From positions 62,001 through 126,000 of the forward strand of contig MCFE01000161.1 in assembly GCA_002104905.1 (NCBI GenBank): DNA of 64,000 nucleotides, read 5' to 3'. The notes under the pieces were generated by a model that searched no databases, was not told the DNA's origin, and saw only the letters and a program-made list of their open reading frames with translations. Source of the DNA: Basidiobolus meristosporus CBS 931.73. Lineage: Eukaryota; Fungi; Basidiobolomycota. Below, piece after piece: positions 1 through 13,253 of this stretch. Position 1 is the stretch's first letter. Each line of letters starts with the position of its first letter. A program made the position numbers and the translations under genes.

Positions 1-1560
1 AACATATGCTTTACTTGTAGATTAATTCGGTGCTATGCTTTGTGGAGTTGGCGAGGCTGGCAATTGAAATGTGTTTTGAATGGCAATGAATAGGTATTTA
101 CAGAGTTTTATCGTTTTCGTTTTTCCACTATTATCCCTATGAAAAATCCCAGACTTGGAATTCATCTGATGCTGGTATCCTAACGGTACTTTGATGGCAT
201 TCAGCTGGTGTTTTTCTTCCAAATTTTTGGTTGGAATTCTTTGTGGAAGTAGTGATTAGCTTATTACTAACTTTGATATGAATGCTATGTAGCCTAGTCT
301 CCTCATAGAAAGTATGTCTGCTTATCTGCCAAGTAGCCAGTGAGATATTGAGAGTTGTGAGTTTAAAGAAACTTGGAATTCAGCTGATATTATGATGGTA
401 TTCTGCTGGTCTTATATTAATTTTATGGGGGACAATGGAATATACCAAATTGATTCCGTCCCAGTTGATGCCTAGCAATCTGTTTATACTTGGTGAATTA
501 TCAGTAATACCAATTGTTTGCAGCATGTGGAGTTTGTTATAGGCAATATGTGCAATTGTATTAAGGTTGGTAATTAGAGCTGTGCACAGAAGTTGAGTAG
601 TTTGTAAGATGTCAGCACACTGGAAATCCTGAGATGTTTGAGTATTCAGTATGCTGGGTGCTTCAGAAGTTAACAATACTCTCAAGTGATATTCCCAATC
701 ATCTGGTTGCTACATTTACAGATACACACCCTTTGGTAAGGAATATTGCATAATAATCTATTGCAGTTGAATGTTTGATGACCTCATTTGTAACAGAGCT
801 TGTGCTATGTTCTTATGCTACAATGGAAACAAACAATCTAGGAAAAGCAAGATATCAGGTACCGCAAACATATTAAATTGCCAGGTCTTGGCTGAGTGCC
901 CCATAGTGTGAGCAAGTTCCTCCCTACATTAGGTCGGTTCTAGATAGGAGACTTTTCTAAAGCTGGCATTTATTTATTAAATCCAACGAGGGAGCAGGAA
1001 CGATCTGTGACTAACGTTTTCCAACTCAATTGATCAAGTAGCTCTCTATCATATTTCTTGCGGTGTGCTGTGGATTTCTGGCTTATAGCGCACACCAAAT
1101 ATATATTTGGCATTAGTATTTAATCACTTTACCTGGGCATTGACAACTCACCATGCAGTCAACTATGATACAATGGCTGGATATCTAAATTAGGAAAACC
1201 CACTTGCATTATCTCATGGGAATGAAAAGTTGCAGGATAAACACAAAGAGTAATAAATAAACAGTTGCCCCTTGCTGTCTTGAATGGTGCACGCGTACCC
1301 AGACCATGTGATTGCAAACCAGTCTGCTATGATAATAGGGTTTACGTCCACCAAATTTCATCAATTCATTTTCGCCCACTCCAACACCGAGGTTTGAAAT
1401 TTGGTTTAGATAATGATCTGATTTCGAGTGGCATATATGCATCTTTAAGACATTGCGATAAATTATGCACAAGCTACATGGGCTTTCCGGTTCTAGACTT
1501 GGAAAGCAGTCCAGTAGGTATTTATTGATAAGTAAAACCGGGCCTAAAAGATGCTAGTGG
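1..1560 (-). mobile_element. Degenerate non-LTR retrotransposon (LINE) relic, RT domain 3 through post-RT region
   Basis: Minus-strand translations across stops and frameshifts: TGLLSK..GKPM*LVH (~1515-1465, like GLLLDxEKAYDxVH), SRQQGATVYLLLFVFILQLF (~1285-1220, like GxRQGDPLSPLLF) and IAYNKLHMLQTIG..INRLLG (~550-465, like the post-RT LxLPKxxGG..RLL). Boundaries approximate; the element may continue beyond the window start. Confidence 0.5.
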
Positions 1561-1649
1561 AATAAATTGCACAGGCTGGTCGAGCGCTTTGAACAGAGAG
1601 ATAGGTAATTTTAGGACGAGCCCAGGCTATTGACAAGCAAAGAGCAAAG

Positions 1650-1900
1650 CCTTATCTGGTGGTCAACTTTATGAATCCTGAAATGAGAAGTTTGAGGAGC
1701 ATGGGATAGCCGAGAAATTGGAAGAAAAATATATTCGTATGCTGCGAACAGGCATCATCTCCATAAGAATTGGTTTTGGTATTGATGATTTCCACTTTCA
1801 AGAGGCTTGAGAACAGTGGTATACCTATCCTTATCTGGTCATGGATCACAGGTATGTTGTAGAATGTAAGAGGTTGATCTCACTCGACAAGTCGCTCAGC
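1650..1900 (-). mobile_element. LINE RT fragment (domains 4-5), degenerate
   Basis: Minus frame reads *DQPLTFYNI..DQIRIGIPL..KTNSYGDDAC, matching the order QGDPLSPLLFNI..GI.L..YADD. Confidence 0.4.
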
Positions 1901-2545
1901 AGTTTACACCGTGTGTAAAGTTCTGTTGATTAATGATTTCTATGTAGGAGGTGAATTAATGGCCACTCATATAAACGGCCCGGTTTTCATGAGTAATATT
2001 TATCATTTCCGTATTTGCCAATAATCATGCCATCTGAGGCGGTTCGGCTACTAATTTCAACATCAATCCTTGATGGCAGTGACATTAACAATACTCGTGC
2101 ATATTTAAGTACAACTGAAGTCACTTAAATTGTATTGGAGTGAGCACTTAATTAGCGCTGCTGCCTCCATTATATTCCAACATCGGTATCGCGCCACTAC
2201 CAATGCATGCTCAGTATATTTCCCTACTAAAATCTTCCATCTCCGCATTTAAAACTTTTGTGTGACTCCTCTTCTTTCCTCCTCCTTTCCTTGATACGAT
2301 TATTAAACTCCTCTTTAATTCACTCCTTGTAATTACCTTGATTCAGTGCGAACGGCCTGCAGCTTTCTGTTTCAGTTTTTGACCCTAACTCGACGACACT
2401 TCATAAAGAGATTCCCTAAATTCTAAACTGACTCTTCACCTTGCCAAGTAAGAAAAGTAAATCTTCTCAACCTCAAGGTCAACAAGCCACTCTCTAGAAC
2501 CTACATCGGATGTCAGTTGAAGAACACTTATAAAAGCAATTCATC

Positions 2546-4546
2546 ATGTCGACTATTGCCATCTATAAAATCTTCGGAGAAAAAAATGACAATTTTGAGG
2601 TAACCCCCAGACGAAGAGGTAAGTTGTCCGGATGATACAGGCCAACCTCGCCTTACCTTCTTACAATCTCTCTCTACTTTGTCTTTAAGCCTCCCGTCGT
2701 AGTATGAGGGCTTTCAGCCTAAGCGATGTGTCAGATTTACCTCCTACTCTAGTTTTGGAATCCTTGAACGGTAATTTTCAAACCAAAAAACTAGAGCTGT
2801 TTGACAAAGTTAAGATTGGTCGCCAAGTGTCGGCGAAGACATGTCCTGAAGTAAATAATGGCTACTTCAATAGTAAAGTTTTGTCAAGAACACATGCAGA
2901 AGTGTGGTTGGAGAATGGACAGGTATACCTTTGCAATAGGGACGGACGTTATATTTATGTAGCCTTGTTGATATTGATACTCCTCGATAGGTATATATCA
3001 AGGACTTAAAATCCAGTAATGGTACATACTTGAACAATTGTCGGTTGAGCCCCGAGGGGGTTGAAAGTCAACCATTCCAATTGAAAAATGAAGACCTGTT
3101 GGATTTTGGTGTCGATATCCTCGAAACCGACAACACAGGTAAAGCCGACTTGAAGCCTGTTACGATCATGGTAAAACTAACTATGGTCTGTAAACATTAG
3201 AATACAAGAGAGTATCGTGTAGAGTTTCAATCCTACGTGATCCCATCTTAAATCCGAAATCAACCACTCCGCCCTCACCAGAGAAGCAAACATGCACACC
3301 AAGGTAATTTCCTATTTATCTCAACCAAATTTCTCTACCTACCGTAGACTCAATCGTCTTATCTCAAGATTGAATCAAAGGTTCGCTGCAGTTTTAGAGG
3401 TTTGTCATTTGCTACGGAAACTTATCAACGCTTGAATTCTTATTCAATGGATTAGAACCAACGGCAGGACAATGGATTAGAAGCATCTGAAGTAGAGTTG
3501 AGTGGCGCTCAGCCCAGCAAACTCGACGAGTGGAAATCCAGAATCCAGGTAAAGTAAGCATCACCCTTTTGAAACCGACCTGGTATTCACATCCAACTCC
3601 ACATCAGGCCGATTTGAAAGCTATGATATCTGCTGGATTTGAGATGAATCAATTGACAGCTACTTTGGAGGAGATTACTAGCCAATTGGGAGGCCGTAAA
3701 AAGGTAAATTGAACGATCATCGCCAGTTCGGCTGAACATCTAAATAACTAGGCTCGATGTTAGGTTGATACTTCGGTTCAAGAATTGGAGCAGACCAAAG
3801 CTCTGTTACAGCGGTACAAGAACCGATGCCTCTCCTTGGAGAATGCCTTGAATCAGTCGAACCAGGCGCTCAAAGGTTTTGAAACCGTGAGATCTAAAAC
3901 CACGAAAGTTGACCAGGAGAATTCATCTTGGAAGGATCATAATTCTGAGACCGATAAACTAAGACAACAAGTTGCTCGAATCATGGAGGAGAATCGCAAT
4001 TTTCGAAATGAGTGTAGCAAACAACAAGTCCAGGTTCACAAACAAGTTACAGAATTAACAGAGCAGAACAAACGGCTGTCCGTCGAGAACAGAGATTTGA
4101 GGGAGAGATTGTTTAAAGAGAAACAATCTTTGGAGCACGTAGAAAAACTGTACGCGCGTACCCATAATGTCCTTGATAGCATGTGTAAAAGAATGAAAGC
4201 GATGGAATCGGAATCCCAACAAAAGCAAGAGCCCGAATTCCGGAATTCCCATGCTGTAGGCAAGGATCCACATGATGGATACACTCGAGAGAATGAAAAG
4301 GAGTGCTTTGATAAGGAAAGGGATCTACCTAAAAGGAATGCAGAAATAAGTAGACCGATCTCAAGCTTTGATGTATTCAGGTCGATGCAAACACCTGAAT
4401 GGAGATTCCGAAAAGACGAAAAGGAAAATTTTCCTGGAACTATTAAAGCTAAGGAGTATGGCATTGATTCCTTTGGTACCGGACCAAGAAAAGGACCAGC
4501 CTCTTCACTTCAGAACTTCAAATCCACTGCGTCGCCTTTGACTTAG
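2546..4546 (+). CDS. FHA-domain plus coiled-coil protein (Far9/Far10/Vps64/SLMAP-like), multi-exon
   Basis: ATG 2546; first intron 2619-2689 joins in frame. FHA motifs KIGRQ..NNGYFNSKVLSRTHAEVW, YIKDLKSSNGTYLN and DLLDFGVDI. Last exon 3785-4546 is coiled-coil. Confidence 0.85.
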
Positions 4547-4809
4547 GTGTGCGTAGATGCCAAAAACCTAATCCCAGTCCAATCCCCTAAACGTAACCAT
4601 GGCCGTTTAACTAACGTAACCCGGCAGTAACCTACTTTTAATACGCCTATTTCTTTAATCTTACTCTAAGCTTTCATTAGTTTCAGCATACCATTAGATT
4701 TCTACTCGGCATATTCCGTGTAAATATATGCTTTATCTCATACCCTAATGATGCACGCTACATCAACCCCACTATACCCCATATCTGTATTGTTATTAGC
4801 TTCAATTAT

Positions 4810-7400
4810 TATGGAAATGCCTTTAATACCCCAGTAAAGCCATTATTGAGTCTATTCAGAAGGGCTACCTGTTGACATTCAATCCCTCGACAAACATGAC
4901 AGAACTGTTGGTGTAGGAAGACAATTCCCGAAATTGCGTGGCACTTGACCCATTTATTTAGGCAGCAGGCTTGCGGGCTTAGCGCGGTGGCGAGACTCGT
5001 TTGAATCTTGAATTTGCATAGTGACGAACGTATGGGATGGAAATTGAAGATGCACTTGAGAGCTGATGCTTCACGAATCAGATTAGATTGCAAGAAGAGG
5101 GGTCCACCACGGATAGGTCTGGTGGCTATGACTTGACTACGATTATTCCAACATAATCTCAAAAGCCATCCAAGCCATCATATGGTTGACTCACGAAAAT
5201 GGTACCATCCTTTTCATGCAGCCGCCATTTTCGGGTGGCTCAGTTAGACCTATCATATAGCAACAGACTAGCAAGGATGACATATTTTGGGTCAGAAATT
5301 AGGAGAGCTCGGTGCACCACACCCTGACACCTCAGAATTGTATCATATTCGTGAGCATCCCAATATCTAGACCAGGCTCGTAACCCGCCAGAGACTCCTT
5401 CCCAACCATTCCAGCCAGAATCAAGTTTATTTTAGACGAATACCGGTCGCTTCACTTGCGGTGATTTTCTCCCTACGGATATTCTTAGAATCAAGGTTCC
5501 GGGGCCGAATATTGGCTGTCTCATCGGATGCCATTTGCAGTGGCATTAACACCAAAGAACCAGTTGTCTTATGGAGTGGAAAATCATAGGAATCAAGTGA
5601 TTTTCACGTGCCGAAAATGGGTTGATCCATTTTCAACCGAGCGTGAGATTCACATTCCAACTGATTTCGGCATATCGCGAAAAAAATCTCACAGGCTGTA
5701 TTCACGGGAATGATTATCATCTAGATTGGCGAAGCAGTATTGTTGATGGCAGATGGCCGTTTCTCTAACTGGGTCGAAGCGATCTGAAACCGCCTGGAGT
5801 CATATTCCAAATCAGGACACCTCATCAAAGCCTTAACCGATTTAGACTTGTAAGACATCTCTCACAATGATGCATGAATCCCATGGTTTCACTCACACTC
5901 ACCTGTTAACTAAGTGAATGGACACTCTTGGGTGGCAAATATTGACTTGGCTAAGCTAGTTGTGGGCTTACGAATTCCACGAAAATCACTGAGGCAGCGT
6001 TGGCTGGCCAACCCCTTCTGCTCGTAAATACGGTAGAATAGCAGCCACACCGCTCTTACCAAGCATTTTAGGCAGGACCAGAGGATTGTTCTTAATCGCA
6101 CAGGGTCCGATTTCTCGACATGCACTGAAGTTGCTCGTACTCTCACAAAGCAGCGTGTCAAGTTCCTTTGGGCTCGATCAATCATGTCGATCCAAGATAT
6201 CAACACCTCTGATATTGGCCCTTGCTGTCGATCATCCTTCACTAGGCCTGGATGTCCCTAGAGCATTCCGTATATCTTGCCCATTTCGAGGTTTGGAAAC
6301 ACGGCGTTACATCGAAATCACCTCCAAGTACCGCATATAAATCGGTATTAAGCGTTGATTGTGCTTCGAAAGAACGTGCATCACTGGCCACTGGATTGTA
6401 GAAAAAACTCCATGTGGACAAACTGGTATTGGCTATCCATGATCCTTTTGGGGGTTTCGCTCATTATGCGACTGCAGCTACCGAAAAAGTGCAAGCATCA
6501 CTGGCAGGGCAGCATACCTTCATTCGCTGGGTTCAGAACAGGATCTGGGTATAGACATTTATTGCTCTTTTTGGAGTGGGATCGGCAAGACTTCCGAGCT
6601 GATACCTTGGCCGTTTGATTCACTCTTCCCTTGAAGTAGATACAGGCACATGCCCTCACTGGCATTAGCTAAGATCCAGCTTGGCTCAACCGCTTCGGGT
6701 CCTGGAAATGGAAGATCGCAGCAAGCGCAAGCACGAATGGACCGAAGATCAACAGTGCGAATCTAAAGTTTCGGAATTCATGGGGTGACGGGGAAGAGGG
6801 GTGGGTGGAAATAGAAAACATACGCCAGGTTGATTTCCCTGAATGGTGATGGTTAAGGAAATTCATGCAACCGAATTTTTTTTTCTTCGATAGATTTATC
6901 CTGGATCAACCTTTGGGTTTGTGTCTCTCTTCCCAGCAGTGCCTCAAATGTGGTCCTGTATCAATGATGGAACTCCGACCCCAAGCAACTCCATGCTTCT
7001 ATTTTTCGGTAGTACACCACACATTCTTAGGGTTCAAGTAGCGATCCTAAGGAAAGGAAGCTTTTCGCCAGTGCACAGCATACTCATCAGGTTTGGATCA
7101 CCTTGCAAATAAACATACTTGGTTACCGTACCAAACCCTGGGGCGGATGATCTACAAAACGTTGTCGAATATCGACCTACTCTCGACCCTCAATCATCTC
7201 GAGGATCTAGACGGCTCCGTGCAACTAATGGGGTTCTTTATCATGGTCTTTATTGATTGTAAGGGAATAAATAGTTGCCGTCTAATAACGCTTGCTATTT
7301 ACATATTTCACAAAGTAGATTGGCAGTCTCCGTTGTTTTGAAAAGGCTATAGGTGATAAGAAATATATGGATCAAAAGAACAACAAGTAACAGTCCTCAT
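4810..7400 (-). mobile_element. Degenerate LINE relic: ORF1 zinc-knuckle remnant, AP endonuclease and N-terminal RT
   Basis: Motifs occur in the correct order on the minus strand: (L)RHCWEERHKPKG* (6947-6906, eroded CX2CX4HX4C); AVLGGDFDV (~6335-6309, APE GDFN); CLSDFRGI (SDH-like); DGLDGF (~5180-5163, GPDG-like); NFHPIRSSLCKFKIQTSLATAL (~5047-4980, like NYRPISLLNxDYKIxAKxLA). Many stops. Boundaries approximate. Confidence 0.6.
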
Positions 7401-7545
7401 AAGGATGTGAATGCCAATATGTAATACAGATCTATTTACAAAAGCGTATGTGTGGGGTTCTGCTTTGACAAATTAGTGCGAAGTATAGGATGAGCGTCTA
7501 TAAGGGGATGAAGAAACGTGTGATAGGGCTGGGCGGCAGGTCCGT

Positions 7546-9173
7546 CTACCTGCTGCTTGATTTTTGGAACTTCTTGCGAAGCGCTAAGCGAACCCCATCC
7601 TTTTCGCAGAAAACTGAAACCAGTGGGAGGTGATCCGAGGGGCAATGCCAGTTGGGAAGTTGTAGGTGGCCTTGCTCTTTTGGTAATCCGTCAAGAACAG
7701 CAAGAAGATCGAGGGAGTGGACAGTATATAGTATATGATCAATTACTCCTCGGAAATTCTTGTTGCGATTGGTGTATAGCAACTTTGGGGATGTTTTGTC
7801 TGTGTAGGCGTTACGAAGTCTCAATTGGTGGCGAAGCGGATGAGCGCTGTAACGTCCGAAGTCGTGTCCACTAAAGACAGATGATGGGGCACGTCCAGAA
7901 ACCAAATACTGAAGAACTGAGCTAGTGGGTAGTGAGTTCAGGTCACCGCATATAACGGTGGGATACTTGATTTTCTGCAGACGATCAATAAGAATTGCAG
8001 CTTGAAGCAATTTGGCATCTTGATATTCTGGATCAGCAAGTAGGTGCGTGTTGGCAACACAGAGCTTTGACTGTGTTTCCTTGTTACGAAAAACACCAAC
8101 CAATGCAAGGTTATTGAACATGTTAAATCTGATTGCTGTGTCGCGCGCAAGCGAATGGCGATCCTCATCATCAAGGTTAGTCTCGTTGTATCGAATTACG
8201 TGGGTTTTGATCAACTCGAAGCGGTGCTGCTTGTAGAAGGTTGCACAACCATCTTGAACAATTTGATTGATCTTGTTCTCGTAGAACCCAGAATATCCGT
8301 AGTGCTCCAGAGCCGGTTTGAAAAAATATTCAAAATCTTCAGGCTCAACCTCCTGAAGACAGACGAAGTCTGGGAGCAATCCGATGATTTGACCAAGAAT
8401 AGCATGCTTACGGTATTCCCAATCAAGGTATGGCCAGCTATCGCTATGAAAACGGCTCGTGTTTGTTAGATTGGGCGAAAGAATGTTCCAAGACATGGCT
8501 ATAAAGGCACCACTATCCAGCTCCTCTTCCGGGGTAAAGTAGTTCCAATCGCGAGTCCGATAGTTATTGATATCGTCATCCACTGCTGATAAGTCCTGCT
8601 CCTCATCGTCAGCCTTCTCAAATTCATCTAGAGCCCATTCTTCAGTGATGGAGGAGGTTTGCATATCTTCGCATTCATCGAGATGGATGCTCGATGTGTC
8701 ACAAGTATCGCTCGAGTCTGAAGACCCGTCATACAGCGATGGAACTGGGCTTGAGTTCATAAGAGCTTCGTTGGCCATAGACTCGATGTCCGAGTGCGAC
8801 TCACTAGTAATATCCTCAGCAACAGAGGATTCCGAGATGATATTTTCCTCCTCCTCGTCGACCTTGATTACAGGCAATGCAACGAATCTGTGTGTCTTTT
8901 TCTTCTGACGTTTCTGAACTTTTTTGCTGGCTTTATTGGGTGACTTCGGGGTGATAACGTCGGTGTTAATGATGGTTGGTTCCTATAAAAAATGGTTAGC
9001 TCTAGGATTGAGTTATCACTTTGATCTAATATGACAACACCAACCTTTAAGTCGGGCACTGCCAGGCGTGTTTCCAAAGTAACCTTAAATACGTCCAGCT
9101 CTTTTCCAGTATTCAGGTGCTCGAAATTACTAAGCGTTTTTGCGAATGTCTTCAAACTGTTCCAGGCGAACAT
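7546..9173 (-). CDS. CCR4/nocturnin/Angel-family EEP nuclease with acidic N-terminal region; 5' end uncertain
   Basis: EEP catalytic motifs SWNIL, LQEV, CVANTHL, GDLNS, IDHI and PSDH. An intron at about 8983-9044 (gttggt..gctaac..tag) links the upstream exon MFAWNSLKT..VPDLK in frame. Confidence 0.85.
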
Positions 9174-10399
9174 GTTTCTTGCACAGAGCGTATCCTCGTG
9201 AACTCAAAACGTGTGGAGATATATCGATATAGAACAACTAAGGAAAGGTATAAAAAAATCCGACTGGACAGGATATTAAGGGATCTTGGTGTGTACTGTG
9301 AAGAGGCTTTGTTCTGACGATTCTATTTTGGTGGGCAGATGCGTCCTTTTTATACAAAATTGCGACCTCTGATCTAGTGAGGGTGACCATAGGGGTGGGT
9401 TTACTAGCCGATAGTTTACATCTCTTGGTTCTAAAAAAAATCAAGAAAATTCAAGATTTTCCTAATTTGGTACTTACATCAGTTCTAAGTGGAAAGTGCA
9501 ATCGGATTTCACATCAACCTGTCATCCTGATCCAATCTCCGAACTCCCCGCTCTTACCTTACTTTACGGTGCTATTGCCTAATATGAAAATTATATATGA
9601 TTTCATTGTACTACGATCTAACTTATTCCTATTCCATCAGATTAGCTTAGGTTCTAATTAAGATTCATTTAAAAGGAAAAGATGAGTTAGAATTTCTTAT
9701 ATGGAATTCGGCTGAGGTGAGTTCCCCCACGTACATAACTCTTTTCTTTTAGGAATAGCCCGTTATGGAAAACAATTGGGTAAATGTATATTTGACTTAT
9801 CGTCACTTTATACCGGATATCTCTTTGATTTGGTAGAATGTGTCTGTAATTCTACTCTAATGACTGGAGGGATGGAAAAAATTCTATAGCTACAGCGTCT
9901 GTCTCAGGGATAGGTATCCTGCGGAAGACCCGAGTTTTCGTACAAACTCAAGCACAGTTCACGTAATGCCATCATGTTATTCTGGAACCACGTATACATT
10001 CGAGCGAATGTGGTCATCTACATTGGATTTGTTGTCATGGCATATGCACTTGCAGCCACATCTTACGACTGATGGCTCGACCTGTGCGTTCCGAAGCCTT
10101 GAGCATCTGGTGAACACCACCTGAAATAGTTTGTTACACTATAAAACGCTTGAGCTTCTCGGGGATTTGCAGATAAGTCATCGGGGCCCAATGTTTCCGC
10201 TGCGCTGTATTCGGCCATAGCACTCACGAAACATCAGCATACTCTGTCTTGAGAAGTTTCAATTGCACACTCTAGCTCATCACCAAGACAATGGGTTGCT
10301 AGGATCACCATAAAATTATCTGACCATTTTCAGGTTGATAATATCGATTTTCACCATCATCGGGATGAATGCGTCAATATTGAGACTTTCCGAAATAGA

Positions 10400-12150
10400 A
10401 ATTTAAGCTATAAATATCACGTAATACTCAGCCTTTGATAGTATGATTGATTCAGCTGCATTATCAAGTTTAATGTTGTCCAAATCTGGCCGACCGTGAC
10501 ACAAGAACGGCAATATCGTTTCAGTGGAAATGAGTAAATGTTGAAACCGCCGGTTTTCAGATTGGTCATGGGCCATACGATTTGTCTAGATTTAAAAAGC
10601 AAATGGGCTTTTATGTGCAAGGTATCATGGTTGAAAGGGGGTGTGTATTGTACGGAAAAGAGTCGAATGAAGTCATCTGCCCCAATTACAATAATTCGAC
10701 GACAAGGCATTAAACTACTTTGAAACATGCCCTTCTCCAGATATGGAGAACAATCTCCCCAAATAACCTCATTCATCCTTGGCCACATATCATGTCAAGC
10801 TTGCCTACTTGGAGCGACCTTCAAAGCACGGAAAAATCGCCGGCTCATGAGCCCATGGCCCCAGACGAACGAAGGCAGAAGGTAGAGTATATGCAGTATC
10901 ATATAACTCATGTATGGGCACTGACATGTGCAATTTTGAGGTAGTTTACTTCAATCAAGATGCACTTCATGACCTCGGTACTTTATTTTCGCCGAAATCG
11001 GGTCAACTACATTTGTAGATATATTCCGAAGTGTATCGCCAAACATGCTGAACTGGCTATGGTACGTACGCATGACTGAAGTTGGGTGTGGACTATCCGA
11101 GGTATCAGACAGTGTATCCTTTCGTAGACTGTTGATTGAGGCTTATGTGTCTGACTGCTCAACTGAGGGATCGCAGCACAAAGAGCCAAGTTTGATGCTG
11201 AGACTCTCCAGATATGAGGTTCTTGCTTCTATTGTTCGGAATAAAACCAAGACAAACTGTATCATGAATTCCGTTCGCTTTCAGATGCCGTTTAACGGAA
11301 GAAAATATTGAGTAGAATAATGAGCCTAAATCGGCTATACTTCTTGGTTCCAGATTTCTGGTTGTATGAAAAGCAGTAAACGGTCAGCTGGTTTCGTTCA
11401 ATCCACCATCAAATGAAAAATATTACGAGGCTGAGCAAATATTTCCTGGTTAGAAATCATATGGAACACGGGCAGCCAAATAGTCCAAAGAGGCGCGCTT
11501 CCTAGATGTCTTGAACATGCATTGATTCAACAGCGCCTATGGTCAGCATCGAGGGATTTAGATTTCGTGACTAATTCAGGCCATTGGTTTTAGTAATGCT
11601 GCTTCGGAGAGTCGTGTGGTTGACACAATTGCAGATTCAAACGAAAGAAACTCATTATAATCATGACAAATCACATCATTTGAATGTGCTTTGAGTCAAC
11701 CAATATCTGATATATGGCCAACAAAACCAGAATCAACAGGGCCAGAATACCATTCCCAAATACTGAACTCGAATAACCACTTATCCGGATCGCTATGCTA
11801 AAGATCATCCGCGCCATGTATTACCACCCATTCATATCAAAGAGGAAGGTGACTTCAAGGGCTTTGAAAAGCATAATCCACCTCCCTAAAATTGGTAATA
11901 TGGTCATATTAATGTTTTGAATAGGGTTTCAACGTCATAGAAGACTCATTCCAATTGCTATATGCGGATGGTATAAATCGGCTACTCGGTGGTAAATATG
12001 ATGGTATTTTCATGGGTTGGCCACCTACCAGTGGTAAGCTCTCCAAGTTGTAGAAACGTGACATCGAGTTGATGCTATATGATCTCGAAAATTAAGATCA
12101 AAGTGGCGTACAAATATCGGCTTATGCAGGCCAACGAATGAAATGAATTT
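10400..12150 (+). mobile_element. Internally deleted, degenerate LINE relic (APE remnant plus post-RT region)
   Basis: cttggagcgaccttcaa (10808-10824) resembles LGGDFN; RVNYI (~10999) resembles RIDYI; SIIHLPKIGN (~11870) and FQLLYADGINRLLGG (11949-11993) resemble the post-RT segment and share INRLLG..DGI with the relic at ~440-490. Confidence 0.45.
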
Positions 12151-13253
12151 GGAGACACTGCCCATTATATATAGTGTTTATTTCATTACAAACACATCAG
12201 AGCGCAGGTGTGACCAGAGTGTGAGAGCTGTTTGTTCTGACAAACTTATATTATAAAGCAGCCGACTGCCTGTATATACTTTTGGAGTGACTTCAACCAC
12301 TCGAGTAGTTGATTTCCGATGGGAGATCCAAATGGACATGAATTAGGAGTAAATATAAATTGGAAGTAATTTAGTATTTTTAGAAATGATATATATATAT
12401 ATTCACTAGTTTGTGCACTGCATAAAAATAAGCTTCACTTGTAGTAGAGCTTTGTGAAGTCCAATGCAAGAGCATGATATGAGGTTGTGGAAAGATATGT
12501 GACAGGTATGCTATGCTTACATTATCCCCGTATCTTCAAAGCATTATCTTATAAAAGGATATGTGCAAAGTGGTTTTGTGGGAGAACATCGTATAACTGG
12601 ATAGAAACCAAGACATGTGAATAAGTACAATTATTTGCAGCAGTATCAGCTAAACCAAGGCTGTTGTCTAGATTTTGCACCAGAAAATTTAGTAATATTT
12701 AGAACTAGTCTATTGTAACTCATAACAATGGCTACTTATGGAGGGAATGGTCTATTCATTAAATATTAAGGCATACCTTGATTGCTCACAGTACTACAGG
12801 GCATGATGATATGGAATAAAACTTGAACAGAAATGCACAAACTGTGAGCTGCCCTTCAGATACTATGATACTCCAGTTAATGTCAGGGATTTTCGCACAA
12901 CCACTGGATACTGTTAGTACATGCGTATAGCACAGCTGTTGAAATTGGATGCTTCGTGTATCTCCCAAGTTTCCGGAATTAATTGATCAATCCATTAAGT
13001 TCTTGCAGCAAGCAGTAACATATTGGGACCCTTGCAGTTATCATAAACACTATTCGGGTCGAGTGATCATCAAAGGCCGATTTGAAGTGACACCGATATA
13101 GGTTAAATTGGCTTTTATTGGTGGTGGTTGTGGATATTAAACATTATGTACCAGAGAGACAAACACAAAACTGGAGCCAGATTTGGCGTGTGAAAAATGA
13201 TGATTACAGTTGGGGATAGTTCTGAATGTTTGTCATCAATTAGAACGTTGCCT

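Noticed and set aside
1511-4836. One LINE split by an insertion carrying the FHA gene (CCAGTA at 1511-1516 and 4831-4836 as a target-site duplication)
   Set aside because: The two relics look complementary, but shared words extend on both sides of the hexamer and a third fragment with RT domains 4-5 lies at 1650-1900. Independent copies are the simpler explanation.
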